Source: Tubulanus polymorphus
Taxonomy: Eukaryota; Animalia; Nemertea
Direction of reading: 5' to 3'
NCBI RefSeq assembly: GCF_964204645.1
Contig: NC_134031.1
Coordinates: forward strand, 11,968,088 to 12,032,087
DNA length: 64,000 nucleotides
The notes below the pieces were generated by a model, which did no database searches, had not been told where the DNA came from, and was given only the letters and a program-made list of their open reading frames with translations. Numbering within the stretch: the stretch's first letter is position 1; every line of letters starts with the position of its first letter. Made by a program: the position numbers and the translations under genes. Shown in pieces: positions 42,701 to 57,112 of this stretch.

Positions 42701-45700
42701 TCGATTGTGACGACCATTATTGATTCGGAAAAGTGTGATGCGCGTTTTTACTACGCGTTTTGACATCGCTTAGTAAAATCATTCATAAAACCTGTCAATC
42801 AATGCAAATGAGCTAAAAACTTTTGGAATCAACCAATAAGATGGTTCTTTATCACTTGGGGGTTGGTTTAGTGTAGGCCTATAAATCTGCATTTTAGTCG
42901 GAAGAAAATAGAAATAAAAAAATACCCTTTTTCAAGAGCAAAATTGGTCGGCTCAGGACCCGGAATAAGCGACGAATCATCAGGAATCGGAAGGTTTAGG
43001 ATCTTAAAAATTCAAATAGGCCTACTGAAGACCGCATGATTTTATTTCGTGTCGGGGCTGAGCGATCGCTGCCAGAAAAGTCGCTGTCTAAGTTTTGCGT
43101 TGAAGCGAGCGATACCAAATGGCGGCCGGCACTTGTTATTGAATGGCGACACGCGCCGCGCTGCTCGTGATGAGATCAATATTTATTCATCGGTCTAGCA
43201 GTGAATTTTTGTATTTATTTTCCGATTCATAATTATTCATCACTTTATTTCTGAATATAAGGACAGATTTAGCGAAATGATCGGTAAAAAAAAATTTTGC
43301 GCGCGCGGACCACCACTACGCTCCCGTCAGTAAAGCAGCTGTTGAAAGAGGGAGGCGTCTAATGGGATGAATTGAGGCTTGTGATGGGCAAAAATAGAGG
43401 CGCGAGATGGGACAGTGAGGCACCCAAGGGGATTTTCCAAAAGCAGCAAAATTGAAATTTATATGAAATATTGTTGAAATTTAGCTCAAAACAAAACAAA
43501 TGGATTATTATTTAGTTAGGCATATAATTGGTAGTATTATTACTATTGCTTGGTTTATGTTTCTAAACTGATTGATTTTATTGTCATATCATAAATATAT
43601 TTCAAATTTCAGCGTTTTGAGCTAGGCCAAGCATGATTTTCTGCTATTCTTTACTTAAGGCCTAAATTCATTTAGCAAATAATTGGCTATAATTGGTATA
43701 TTTAAATCAATTTGCAATAGGAGCTCATAGACCTGACTGACAGGCCTTGATAATCATGTTTGATTCATTTCAAAAATTATGTAGTGAAAAAATTAATTTC
43801 ACCTGAATCATATCAATATTTCACAATTTTTCTTGCCGTTAGGTTACCATGGAAACCAAATAATAAAAATAATCTATATAATAATAGATTTTCCTAGTTA
43901 AACTTAGGGCAAACATAAACTATTGATAACTAGTTATTCTATCACCTTTATACATCATAACTTTTGATCTAACATCGATATTTTCATTATTTTACCATTT
44001 TTCGGCTGGTTTCCATGGAAACCATAGGCATTTGGGATCAGATAAAAATTTTGGGTCTTTCAATTGTCACCTGAAAGTGCTATGAGTGTATTGCTCATTA
44101 AATTTCTAGTCTATCTCATTCAGTTTAAGAGATATTGAAGTTTGTTTAGGCCTACATGAAATATTGCCTTCTTACCGTATTTTCCGGCCAATAAGCCGAC
44201 TCGGCCAATAAGCCGAGGGCAGTTTTTTAGCCTAAAATACATGGATTTCATAAAGCTTCGCCCAATAAGCCGAGGCCCTTCATCAGAGATTTTAATTCAC
44301 TGATTTGTCAATTAGTTCGTCTTAATTGACGATTTAAGAGGCTGACAGTAGCGCCCGCCGATGTGTGAGAGTGCTGTGTATATACTATCATCGCCAAGTG
44401 ACTGTGCTATATATAGACTCACTCAGCTGATTACTATACACACAGCCATACACGCAGTACGCGGCTCACTGCTGATTTGCCTATATACTAATGTATGAAC
44501 TGACACGTGGTAGTACGATGAACTCGCGCGTTATATAAATGTATACCATTGCCGCTGTGCGGTGATGGAACAATCAAAGTAAAAATAAAATAGTTCAAAA
44601 TAGATTATAATTGGTAGTAAATAATGACCTCAAATAAATATCGACCACTTTTCTTGATTTTGACGATCATTGAAAGCATTAGAGTAGCATAGATCAGGAA
44701 GTGATTTTTTATGTCAGATCGTATCCGCCCAATAAGCCGATCACGATATTTTGGGTAAAAATCTGAGGCTAGAAAATCGGCTTATTGGCCGGAAAATACG
44801 GTAGATCACAGTTTTTGTGTATTGAAACATGAAGACACTTACTTTTCACTCAAATTTTCAAACTTCAATTTGCGATATTTCGAAAACTACTGAAGATCAT
44901 TCAAATATTTAAAAAGCATATTGTTATTTGAGCCCTCCCCATTCCAACAAGCTTTCTTTCAGTAAGATTGGAGCTATTTGAATTTTTTATGGATATAGCT
45001 AACTTAGAAAATTCGAAGGAAGTGTGGAGAACAGAGTTTGAGAAAAAAGAGCGCATAGAGCGAGACTCAAACTCAGGCCAGTAAATTACTAGCCAGCGTC
45101 TTCCCACTAGATCACAGAGCTTGCTATAAACCACCTGAATGTTTTAACTACCTATATATAGCCTCACCTTACCCTTACCATATCCCTCGTGAAATGTAAC
45201 CCTCTGGACCCTCTTCTCACGTCTTGACACTAACCCTATCCAAACCCTAACCATAAACCCAATTAAATGATTTATGGTTATATAATATAGGCCTATGGAT
45301 CCGGCAAAATATCTTTTACAAGTCGGTATCCGGATCCAGAAAAATAACCACTTCCTTTTATTATTAGGCCTATAAATTTTCCACTTTCCAGCCAAAAATT
45401 TTTCATAGGCCTAAAATGTAACTCCTCTCAGATTCGACTAATAACAGCTAATAAACGTAATTTTCAATTTTTTCAGAAATATAACTCAGCGCCTGACCAT
45501 TTTGAATTTGCGTATAATAATATAGGCCTATTATGAATTAATCCCGTGTAATTACTGGGTCTAAACAGCGACAAGAATAACGCAAAGATCCGTCATCCAT
45601 TGATAAAAGTGCACCCCGAAAAGCCTAAAATTTTCCGGATGACCTAGTCAGTCACCTGACTGGTTTAGTTTCACAATCGGATATTTTCACAAACCACAGT

Positions 45701-48700
45701 CAGAAATGGGAAGGTCATTTTTAGGGTTTTCTGTTTCTTCACAGAAAACTCTATTGAGATTCGTGTGATTATTTTTGGTTTACCTTTATCAGCGATATGA
45801 AGTTGGCATTGAGCCAATTCCTGTAAAATCGCGGTACGTTTTTTAGCCCACTTGGGACTTTAGTCCCAGCGGGCTATTGCGTTCACTTTTCGTTCGTCCA
45901 TCCGTCTGTAGATGGAATCCAGCTATTTTGGGAAGTTTTGAAGACGCCTCAATGTAATGTCTTGATATTTGGCTTACACATGTATCTACCCTAGACACAT
46001 CTTCAGCCCAAAAACTGGCCCTGTCAGAATCAAGATGGCCGACTGGCCACTCTTTGAGGGAAATTTTGAAGATGCTTCGATCAATTACCTTGATCTTTCG
46101 TATATATTTGAATCCCCCAAGGGCCTATCAGTTTAAGAAAAATTGAGTCGATCGGACTCAAGATGGCTGCCCTATGACCTTTTTAGTGCCCAAAAATGTC
46201 AATTTTGGCACGAATTCTGAGTCCTGTAGCTTCCTACTGGTTTGCCATTTCTCATTGCAATTAGTGATGGGTATTCTTTGGAAAGGGAAGTTTTATACCT
46301 GAGACAGGTATTTTTGATCAGCCAATTATGGCGCAATTGGCGGCCATCTTGGTGTCATCAGTACTCATTCGTAGGTGGGAAAAAGTTTTTCCACATAATG
46401 TTGATACCTAAGCATAATTAGTTACCACAATCAATTAGAAAGTTGTAGCCCATAACGTGTTCTATGATTTTGGTGAGTTTCAAGGTCATTGGTTTTTGTA
46501 TATGGCCACCAGGGGGCGATGAATAATACAATAACTTAGTATTTCTATATGTTCGTACCTATGCATATTTTGTTACCACAATCGATTGCAAAGTTGTAGC
46601 TCATGACATTGTCTATGATTGTGGTGAGTTTTAAGGACATAAGTTATTCTGTGTGGTCACCAGGGGACGTTGAATAGTACAATAACTTAGTATTTCTTTA
46701 TTAGACTGGTACCTAGGCATATTTTTGTTACCATGATCAATTGCAAAGTTGTAGTTCATGACATGGGATATACGGGGAATTCCGGCGCTACTATAATAAC
46801 CATGGGAAACTATAAATGGCGAACGTTTGATAGGACTAGGTGCCGTAAAGGTGCGTATTCCAAATGCTCATTGCTGGTGAGAATATAATTATTTCACATA
46901 TCCGCCATAGGTATCGTTTCATTTTAATCTTTGGGGATTGTTTTGATTGTCATTGAAGTGTAAGAGAACATTCACTAACAGATAAGGCCTCCACGTGCGT
47001 ACGGAGTGCATTAGACTGTTACGTACACACTTGTACAGTATGTTCTATGAATGTGGTGAGTTTCAAGGTCATCGCTTATTAGGCCAGCCGTAGGCTGAGC
47101 CTATTACTATACAAATGGAGCGAATTTAAATGACATGGTTTCCACACAAAAGGCTCTTTTGCTTGCCAAGTGAGGGCATATTCGAACAAATCACGTATTT
47201 AAGCGTAATCCATTCTCGGAATTGTAGCGAGCAGAATTTTGAAATAGGGTCTCATAAAAATGTTTTCTGCATTTTTCACGAAAGTTAAATCGGGAAAATT
47301 TCAATTTTTATCAGCCAATCAGGAAGTTGTGTCTTCCCTGTGATTGGTTTATCTGAAAATATCAGCAGATGTTCACGTGAATTATCGCGATTTCATTACT
47401 GGCGCTTTTGCGCATGACGTCATGTATCAACACGCGACAATACTTCCGCGTTCGCTACGTGTTCGCTGATTGGCCCATTTACTGGGAAATTCCACAGAAG
47501 CCTAATGTGGTTTGTTACAAGCGCTGTGATTGGCCCGACCCGATTCTGGCATGGCTTTAGCTTAGTGGGTTCGAATCCCTTGACGGGTGAAGATGATGTA
47601 TCCTATCAATATCTATTGAAACAAATAAGTTTCCCGGTTGGGCAGCCGCGGATATCTACCGGAAGTGTTCCGGTTCGATATTTCGAGGTTTCTTTGAATT
47701 TTGGAGTGATATTGAAATCCGGTAAATACCAGCGGTAGATTGTGAAAACCCATTGCATGATATTTGTATTAGGCCTACTTAATCAACGAAAAGCGTCGGG
47801 GCCGCGCCAGGAGTTTTCGTGATTCAAGTAGCGCAATAGCCTACTTCTTCGTGTTCGTCCACCTCAATTTTCACTCCGCCGATCTCTGACACGGCTCTGT
47901 CCCCGTCGGCGCTGTGATTGCACTTTCGTACCACCAAAATTTTTTATTTCTATATCAGGGAGGTCTGGAGAATAAAAAAGTCAAAATTTGGATATCACAT
48001 AGGCCTGATTTCATCGAATAAGTCGACCATGGTCGTTACGTTTCCGTACTTATTACCACCTAAAACCGTCTGAACAATTTTGTCACAACCAACATTTCGT
48101 TTACAGAAATCAGGTGTTCACGTGAATCCGCGGTATCGTCTACTGTTTTACTTCCGGGTTTTATTTTAAGATTTAAAATTGTATTTCAAGATCGATTTCT
48201 ATGAAATCTTTAGTTGATTTGGTGTTTGGGAGGAATTTTTATTTGCTCTACAGAAAATTCATCCTTGACAATTGCGCAAGGTTCGCGAAAAAAAGGTTTT
48301 ACCAAATCGGGTGTATGACCTTGATATGCTAATTAGCCATGTGCCCGAATTGCAAATTCAATCAAATTTTATTCTGCCAAAAAATGTTAAATACAATTCG
48401 CTTTCCGAGAGTTAATGGTATGCTGCATAGAACTAAGTTGTTTTGAGATGGGTCTTGAAGCTATTGAGGTCGAGAGATAACCATCTAGATAGTTCGTGAG
48501 AGTTCCAAAGTTTTGAAGACGCTTCAAGGTAATGTCTTGATATTTGTTTTATACGTGTATTTACCCTAGACACATCTTCAGGCCAAAAACTGGCCCTGTC
48601 AGATTCAAGATGGCCGACTGGCAGCCATTGTTGTTCGCCAAAATCAGCACTTTTTACACATTTTTGAAGTTTTCGAGGGAAATTTTGAAGACACTTTTAT

Positions 48701-51700
48701 CAATAACCTTGATCATTCGTATATATTTGTATCCCCCGAGGGCCCATCGGCATGAGAAAAATTGAGTCGATCGGACTCAAGATGGCCGTACGGTGACCTT
48801 TTTTGTTCCCAAAAATGTCAATTTTAGCCTGAATTCTGAGTACTGTAGCTTTCTAATGGTGCGCCATGTTTCATTGCAATTTGTAATGGGTATTCTTTGG
48901 AAAGGGATCTTTTATATCCGAGAGGGTATTTTTGACCAGGCAATTATGACGCAGCCATCTTGGGGTCATCAGTACTCATTCGTAGGTGGAAAAAAAGTTT
49001 TTCCACATCATAATTGATACTTAAGCATATTTTGCTACTATAATCAATTGGAAAGTTGTAGCTCATGACATGTTCTATGATCGAGGTGAGTTTCAAGCTC
49101 ATTGGTTTTTTATGGCCACCAGGGGGCGTTGAACAATACAATAACTTAGTATTTCTATATTAGGCCTACATTCGTTCCTGCTGTCTGTGTTAACACACGA
49201 TTTTACTATGTAAATGATATTGAGCAGGGAGTGTATATTGATAAATATAACCCACAGATTACATCATTTATAAAAAGCAAATCTGACAGGCTGGCCATTG
49301 TGCCCCTTGGGGCTCTTGTTGTATATGGTCACCAGGGGCGTTGAATATTGAAATTGTTGGATTTTTGAGCATTTTAAACCACTTTCCAAATGGTCGATAG
49401 GAATCTAGGTGCAATTGTATCCTGAATACAGTAGCATGTTACATAATGTGACCAATCAGCAAGCTGAGTTTTTTTCAATGTGTTCCTCATTCATGAGCAA
49501 GTAGTTATTGTGTTGATTGATATGATGAGTCACTGTCATAAGTTTTTAGTTTGCAGACAGTGGATGGTACATGAAGATGCAGTTGTAGCTCATCGCTTAC
49601 AGAATGAAGAAAGTATGGAAAATTTATAATCATAAGTAGCTATTCTTCCAGTCCGAAAATGTTGCATTTTATTAGAAATGGTCAATTCTAGATAACTCCT
49701 TTTTTAGTTTCATATAAGTCGACAGAGATCCTCTTGTAGGTTTATAGGCCGATATTTAAAAATTGTTCTCATTTCAGATAATTACCATTACGACTATAAC
49801 CGGGAGAATCGAAGAACCATTCGGCAAGATATAATAGATGCCAAAATAGCTCAACATGAAGAGGAACTTAAGGAACAAGAAGAAGCAATGCGACAACTTG
49901 AAGAAAAAAGAAGACAGTACGCTTTTTCAACCTATGAATATGTTAGTAGCAGGCTCTCAGTTAATAACATTAATGAAAAATGTATCTTTAGAGCTGAAGA
50001 AGATGAGATGATTGCTAAACAAGTTATGGAAGATTTGGAAAGAAAAGAAAGAGAAGAACAACACAATATGAAATTAATTGCAAATCAAGATGAGGTCAGT
50101 CCATTCAGTTTCTCTTTTTTGTTAAGATAATTGTTTGCATCCTAGGTCCCAGCCAATATTGTGTTCATATTTCATCCGTTCGGTTGTTTATCTTGTCTGT
50201 CCATATATGGAATCCAAGTATTTTGGGAGGTTTAACTCTTTCACTGTCCAATAGTGTATATTGTAACTAGGCAACGTAATTATTTAAATTCTCGATATAA
50301 AGGTGTTCTTCTAAACACGCCTTTTAAACTATTTCTTATCATACTCGACCCCATAAACTTAAAATATTTATGACCCTTATAGATAATTCCATCAAAAAAT
50401 CTTGATTATTGCATCAAATCATATCTATCGGTGGGCTGGACCCCAAATTATTGTTACTACAAGGTCAAATATGAACGTAATACACTAATGAATGTACTAT
50501 AATTTTCCAAAATATAAATGAAAGTCACAAACAATTACTTTTTAGCGAACCTATGGTTTGCTTTTGCTATCACTAGCTGATGACGTAATGCTTCCAATGC
50601 ATTTGCCTATTGTGAAAAAATTTCAGTAAAACGGGTGGCACACTTTTTATCTAGATGGTCGAGGGGTCTGATTTTTTTATCAGATGTGTCATATAGTATC
50701 TATTTTACGATCTGAAAATTTCATATCATTCCGAACTCGTGTTTTAGTGAAATAATCGAAAATATGCCAACATCAAAGCAAATTGCCGTTCTTTTTGTAT
50801 ACATGCATTTCTGTAAAATAGACCCGGACTGCTAGTACTATAAAGTTTTGGGTGTTGTTCAAAGATTTTCACATAATTTTCGCTGAAAAACGTCTAGATT
50901 TACTCCCAGGCCGGGAGTCCCACTCGCGCCTAGCTCTCAATAATGTGGCTCGACCTATGAACTATTGTTTCTTGGATAGATCAAGAAATATGGTAGCCTA
51001 TAAGCACATTTTCAAATTTCAAGGATGGACAGAATGCGCCGAATGGTGGATTTCAATTTCAAATTTGAATCAATCGAGATTAAGGTTAAATTTCATTTCA
51101 TAATATTTCAGTATTACATTATTCGATATTTTACACAAGGCCTCCAAGTGCGCGCGGAAATCATTAGATTGGACTGTTACAAACACACCCGCGTACAGTA
51201 CACTACTATAGTGATACTGTAACGCTGCTTGCTGGCGCATTTGACATTTCATCAGCAGAAGAGCGCTGTGTTTTCTGTTTGATAGAATTTGTAATAAATT
51301 GTAATTTCTTGTGGCCTGAAAATACTAAGCAGCAAACTATAGGTATAGGTCGAGGTCTGAATATTGTAGTGGTAAATTCCAGGATTTAAAACGATCTAAT
51401 ACGCCTATTTCTTACTGCACCAGTATTTTAGCTTCCCGACCATACATTCAGCCACCCTCTGATATGTGACATCATATGAATTTTATTTGAATATTTTTTC
51501 ATATTATGAAAATATTTCTTTGAAAATATAAGATAGTTTCCATGCCGCGCCTACCTGTATCCTACGAAATTTTGGATGTGGACCGTAAACAAATGTATAT
51601 CTTTAGTCTTATTTGACTACAAAATAATCCTTTAAGAAAGATAATATACAATATTTAAACTTGTAAAACTTTGAAGTCACGAATTAAAAAGATTTTTCAA

Positions 51701-54700
51701 GCAAATGCCCTTACCCCAAACAACCTCTAGCTTTCAAGGTAAACCACACTTTGCCCATGGGCAATTTATCTAGATAGTCCTGAGATCTGATTTTTTTATC
51801 GGAGGTGTCATATAGTATCTATTTTAAAATCTGAAAATTTCACAGAATTCTGAACTCGTGTTTTTGTGAAATAATCGAAAATATACCAAAATTGAAGCAA
51901 ATTGCCGTTCTTTTTGTATACATGCGTTTCTGTGAAATCAAAGTAGACCCAGACTGCTAGTTCTATAAAGTTTTGGGTGTTGTTCAAACATTTTCACATA
52001 ATTTTAGCTGGAAAAACGTCTAGATTTACTTCCAGGGCTGTCTAAACGAAGGGGTCTGACTCGCACCTAACTCTCTTATAACGTGGCTCGACCTATGAAC
52101 TATCGTTTCTTGGATAGATCCAAGAAATATGGTAGCCTTTTAGGAACATTTTTGAAATTCAAATGTGGACAGAATTCGCCGAAGGGTGGATTTTTATTTT
52201 AAATTCGAATCAATCGAGATCAAGGTTAAATTTTATTTCATAATATTTCAGTCGCAATGTTGACATTTTGTTTCTACAGATCTAAGTTTCAGTTTCTTTA
52301 ATTATATATGTGAATGACCCCGATGTGTCTCCATACACTAGACACCGCGCACTACCGCATTTCCTGGTTTATTCACACGTGTATTTACACGGTATTTCTG
52401 CTCATTGAAGGTTAGTATATATGAATAATGATTGTCATTGGTCCTTAGTGCCCTGAAAATGTCTACTACAGCAAGATGTTAGTACGGGACCGACGGACAG
52501 GATATCAATCTCTTGTCTAGTTTTACGCTCTGATTGCAATTCAATTCAATGCAATTTAATTTTCACTTTATATCTATTGATCTTATTACGCATTGTTTTA
52601 CAGATACCGGTACGCCAAGAATGAATCAACACTTCGACTCATTGAAGCAGAGATTGTTATCCTTTAAGAAAGATAAAATACAATATTTAAACTTGTAGAA
52701 CTTTGAAGTCACGAATTAAAAAGATTTTTCAAGCAAGATTTTTGAATTATAGATTTTTTCAAGAAACACGTTTCAACCAACATTCTACTGATATGATTAG
52801 GCCTAGCTCCTATCCTATCTTTTGATATAAATATTATTATCTGAAAATAAATATGGTTCAGCCCACTTGGGACTTAAGTCCCAGCGGGCAATTGCGTTCA
52901 ATTTTCGTTGTGTGTCCGTCCGTCCGTCTGCTCGTTTGTAGACGGAATCCAGTTATTTTGGGAAATTTTGTAGACGCTTCAAGATAATGATTGATATTTG
53001 GGTTACACATGTATCTACCCTAGACACATCTTCAGCCCAAAAAATGGCCCTGTCAGATTCAAGATGGCCGACTGGCAGCCATTGTTGTTCGCCAAAATCA
53101 GCACTTTTAACACATATTTCAAGTTTTGGAGGTAAATTTTGAAGACGCTTTGAACAATTATCTTGATTTTTTGTAGGTATTTATATCCCCCGTAGGCCCA
53201 TGGGCATAAGAAAAATTGGGTCGATCAGACTCAGATGGCCGTCTTGTGACCTTTTTTGTGCCCAAAAATGTCAATTTTGGCCTGAATTCTGAGTCCTGTA
53301 GCTTCCTAATGGTTTGCTATTTTCCATCAAAATCTGTGGTGGCTATTCTATGGAAAGGGATCTTCAATAGCTGAGACAGGGATTTTAGATCGGCCAATTA
53401 TCACAATTGGCAACCATCTTGGTGTCATCAGTACTCATTCGTAGGTGGAAAAAAGTTTTTCGACATTATATTGATACCTAAGCATATTTTGTTATCACAA
53501 TGAATTAGAAAGTTGTAGCTTATAACGTCTTCTATATTGTGGTGATTTCAAGGTCATTGGTTTTTGTATATGGCCACCAGGGGGCGTTGAATAATACAAT
53601 ATCTTAGTATTTAATAATAATAATAATAATAATGGATAATAGTAATATATTTTCTTATATAGCGCACCCCTACATGGTAATCGGTGCGCTTTACATAGAT
53701 ATAAATCATTTTAACCGTATTAAAACATAATATGAAAGATCAGTTATACATTTTTCTAAAAAAGTATGTTTTTAAATTTGATTTAAAACATTCAACAGAC
53801 GGACTTAGTTGAATGCTCATGGGAATTTCATTCCATAAGGCAGGAGCTGCAAATTGAAAAGCCCGGTTTCCAATTGCACGTTTGGAGACTAGACGACCTA
53901 GACGACGAGGTTTTACTAGACGACTGGTATCATGACTAGAACGAAGTGACCTGGTTGGTGTATAAATTGACAGCAGGTTCTGGAGATATTCCGGACCTTG
54001 GTCATGAAGACATTTATATGTGATCACCAACAATTTAAATTCTATTCTGATGGACACTGGTAACCAGTGCAATGACTTTAAAATTGGTGTTATGTGCTGT
54101 GATTTTCTAACTTTACTAATCAGTCGAGCAGCATTATTCTGAACTAATTGCAGACGTTTGACCAAAGTAGCATTAGATGCAACTAGTAATGAATTAGCAT
54201 AATCAAGTCGGGAGGTAACTAACGATCAAATAGCTGCCTTACATGATGCATCATCGAGTAGATGCCGAATTTTGCTGATTGAATAAAGATGATAGTTAGC
54301 TATTCTGCAAGTATTGTTAACATGGCTAACAAAAGAAAGGTTATCGTCAAAAGTTACACCAAGGTTTTTCATCTGACTTGAAGGAGAGATAACCTTGTCA
54401 TCTATAATAAGATTGAGATCACTAGGCAAAAGCCCCTAGGCATGTGATGATCCCATAATTATAAATTCAGTTTTCTCACCATTTGCCTTCACCTTGTTGA
54501 TGGTCATCCAATTGAACAATACACTAACGAGACAATTAATTTGCTGCAATGTAGACATGACATCAGCAAGGACTTTAGGATTCACTACTTTGTATAACTG
54601 GTCGTCATCTGCATAAATATGGTATCGTGTAGAAAATGACCTTATTATTGCACCTATAGGCTGCACATATAAAGTAAAAAGTATAGGACCTAAAACCGAT

Positions 54701-57112
54701 CCTTGTGGAACGCCACATTTGAGTGGCTTACTAGTAGAGCTTGATCCCTTGACGACAACAGTTTGAGTCCGTCCCTTAAGGTAAAAACCAATGACAGACA
54801 AAACATCGGCCTCGAAGCCATAAGTTACCCGAAGACGTTCGAGAAGAATCAGTGCTATGTCTCAGGGCTATGTAGAGCGCGATAAGCCGATTGAAAAGGC
54901 TCATAGAGATCATGGACTTTGAGATGTTCAGTTATTCTGCAAACAATTACCTTTTCAATGACTTTCGAAAGAAAAGGAATGTTAGATACGGGGCAGTAAT
55001 TTTTAAGTATTTGATGATCAAGGGATGACTTCTTTAAAATTGGGTGAATAATTGCATCCTTGAGAGCATCTGGAAAAACTCCAGAAGTGATACACCTGTT
55101 TACTATATTGACCAAAACATGCAACATTCCAGACTCCTCAAAATTAGATTTCAGCAATATCGTAGGAACCGGATCCAAATTACAAGATTTGGCCGGCATA
55201 GAACCTATGAGTTTGCTAAGCTCAGCACAATTAGTCTCAGCGAAAATAGATAATTTTGGTGCCATGGTTTGATCAAGTTCATACATAGGATGACATACAT
55301 TCGAATCCAGATCATCACGAATCTTTATGAGTTTATCAGTATAATAGGTGCTGAACTTCTCAGCCACCTCTGTCACCTGCTGGTAAAATCTTAATGTCCC
55401 TATTTTAAAAGTTCATGATTAATTACTCTAAAAGTTTGTTTTACATTAGTCATTTTACACTGATAGTATAAAGCTTTTGCCTCTTTAATCATGAGGACAA
55501 CACAATCTCTTTGTGAAACAAACATTTGCTTGTGAACCTTAAGTCCGCTTTTCTGCCACTGCTGCTCTAGTTTTCGCCTGAGTTGTCGTGCCTCATGTAT
55601 TTCGGCGGTGTACCATTTTGACGTAGTATTTTAGTATTTCTATATTATATTTCTACCAATGCATGTTTTGTTACCACAATCAATTGCAAAGTTGTACTTC
55701 ATGACATCTATGATTGTGGTGAGTTTCAAGGTCATTAGTTATTCCATTAAGACACCAGGGGGCGGGGAAAAGTAGAATAGCTGAGTATACCCTTATTATA
55801 TTGGTAATTAGACATATTTTGTTACCATGATCAATTGCAAAGTTATAGCTCATGACATGTTCAATGAGTGTGGTGAGTTTCAAGGACATTGGGTTTTGAA
55901 TATGGTCGCCAGGGGGCGTTAAATAGTAGAATAACTTAGTATTTCCATATTTAATTGGTAACAAGGCATATTTTTTATTTTACAAAATCGTAGCTGCTGA
56001 CATGTTCTTTGATTGTGGTTAGTTTCAAGGTCATTGGTTTTTGTATATGGTCACCAGGGGGCGTTGAATATTGAAATTGTTAGATTGTTGAGCATTTGAA
56101 ACCACTTCCCAAGTGGGCATGGTGTCCCTGGACCCCTAGTTTTACTAAAGGGCGAATTGAATGGATTAAGCAAAAATATATTTTGTAATTGGTTTTTCAC
56201 TAAAGTTGAAAGCCGTTGGTTTCATATTTTATTAGAAATTGATAGCATCGAGTCTGATATATACACGACTGGAATACTTGTTTTATCATCATAAGTTGAA
56301 GCATAAACTATGCAGTCTAGACAAACCAGTGTTTGTATCCCTTTTACACTGATTTTGCACTTATTGAAGGATTGCTTTAACGTCTTCTGTAACTTATTTG
56401 AATCAAAGAAAGAGAGAATTCGAAACATTAATAAAGATGCTTAAAAAAATCAATATCAGATGAAAATGAATATACATAAGTCTGAAATCAAATCCCACAA
56501 TCACGAGATCGTAAAAGTTTTATAATATGGAAACTATTAGAATTTATTAAGAACCTGAATTTTCGGTTTTACACTAAAAACCATTTGAAGGAAGAAAAAT
56601 GAAAATGGTTTTCAGACAGTTTGATTCTTTATTTTGTCAATTAGTGTTTTTCATTCTCAAAATGGCCTGAAGTTTGCTTTTCAAATGGCCTGGAATGGCC
56701 TGAAATGAAGCCTGGCCTGGAGGCTATGAACCCTGTCAGTAGTTTCTAAGTAATGCTAAGTTAACATTAACATTGTCTTATGACTTCCAACCATTTTACC
56801 GGGTGGTCCACAGTTAACCAATGCCGATTGAATATTGAAATCGGCAGAATGTTGAGCATTTTCAACCATTGCCCTAATGAGCATGATGTTCCTTGACCCC
56901 TAGGTCAGGCTTATGACAACAAAAAGATTTCTATTTTTAGCAATTTGCGAAACAACTACAAGAAAAAGAGCGACGTCGATATGAGCATTACCTTGAAAAG
57001 AGAAAAGCAAGAGAATTAGCGAGGGAGAGACGTAGATTAGAACGATCATTAGTTAAACAACACAAGGAAATTCAAGGACTGTCTAGTGGCATAAACATTA
57101 GGAGTCATTCAG
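39762..57112 (+). CDS. CCDC50: Host CCDC50 (Ymer)-like gene, partial; coding exons 39762-39852, 49550-49612, 49778-49916, 49992-50094, 56941-57112
   Basis: GT-AG introns with compatible phases give ...PGKVNQVCRQWMVHEDAVVAHRLQNEENNYHYDYNRENRRTIRQD...DEMIAKQV...DEQFAKQLQEKE, matching the CCDC50 N-terminal domain and MIU-like DxxxAxxLQ motifs. Confidence 0.8.
40176..41324. mobile_element. Foldback/palindromic MITE with a nested 655-bp insertion (40241-40895, TIR CTTCAC..TGAGAA, TSD TACATA)
   Basis: 40176-40240 plus 40896-41070 is the reverse complement of ~41085-41324. Confidence 0.75.
44175..44801. mobile_element. Tc1/mariner-pogo type MITE
   Basis: TIR CCGTATTTTCCGGCCAATAAGCCGA at both ends, TA TSD, internal CCAATAAGCCGA repeats. 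Confidence 0.88.
45845..47075 (+). mobile_element. Helentron-associated (DINE/HINE-like) non-autonomous element, copy 1
   Basis: 5' GCCCACTTGGGA..TCCCAGCGGGC, GTCC microsatellite and ~120-bp tandem repeats; homologous to 52861-56140. Confidence 0.65.
48505..49400 (+). mobile_element. Same HINE-like family, partial copy 2
   Basis: Colinear similarity to 45930-46560. Confidence 0.6.
50628..52735. repeat. ~1.1-kb-period direct duplication of an unclassified repeat
   Basis: 50646-51110 recurs at 51766-52250; 51628-51703 recurs at 52661-52735. Confidence 0.7.
52861..56140 (+). mobile_element. HINE-like element, full-length copy 3, interrupted by a LINE
   Basis: 12-bp subterminal IR GCCCACTTGGGA (52861) / TCCCAAGTGGGC (56107-56118), GTCC microsatellite, tandem repeats, 3' short hairpin then CTAG-TTTT. 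Confidence 0.7.
53613..55630 (-). mobile_element. 5'-truncated CR1/L2-group LINE, decayed RT ORF2
   Basis: GVPQGSVLGPILF, YADDDQ, PVSNIPFLSKVIEK, LHWLPV; (TTA)n tail; candidate TSD TTAGTATTT (53604-53612 and 55631-55639). Confidence 0.9.

Noticed and set aside
47540-47595. tRNA gene (GGTTCGAATCC B-box)
   Set aside because: No convincing cloverleaf; at most a degenerate SINE head.
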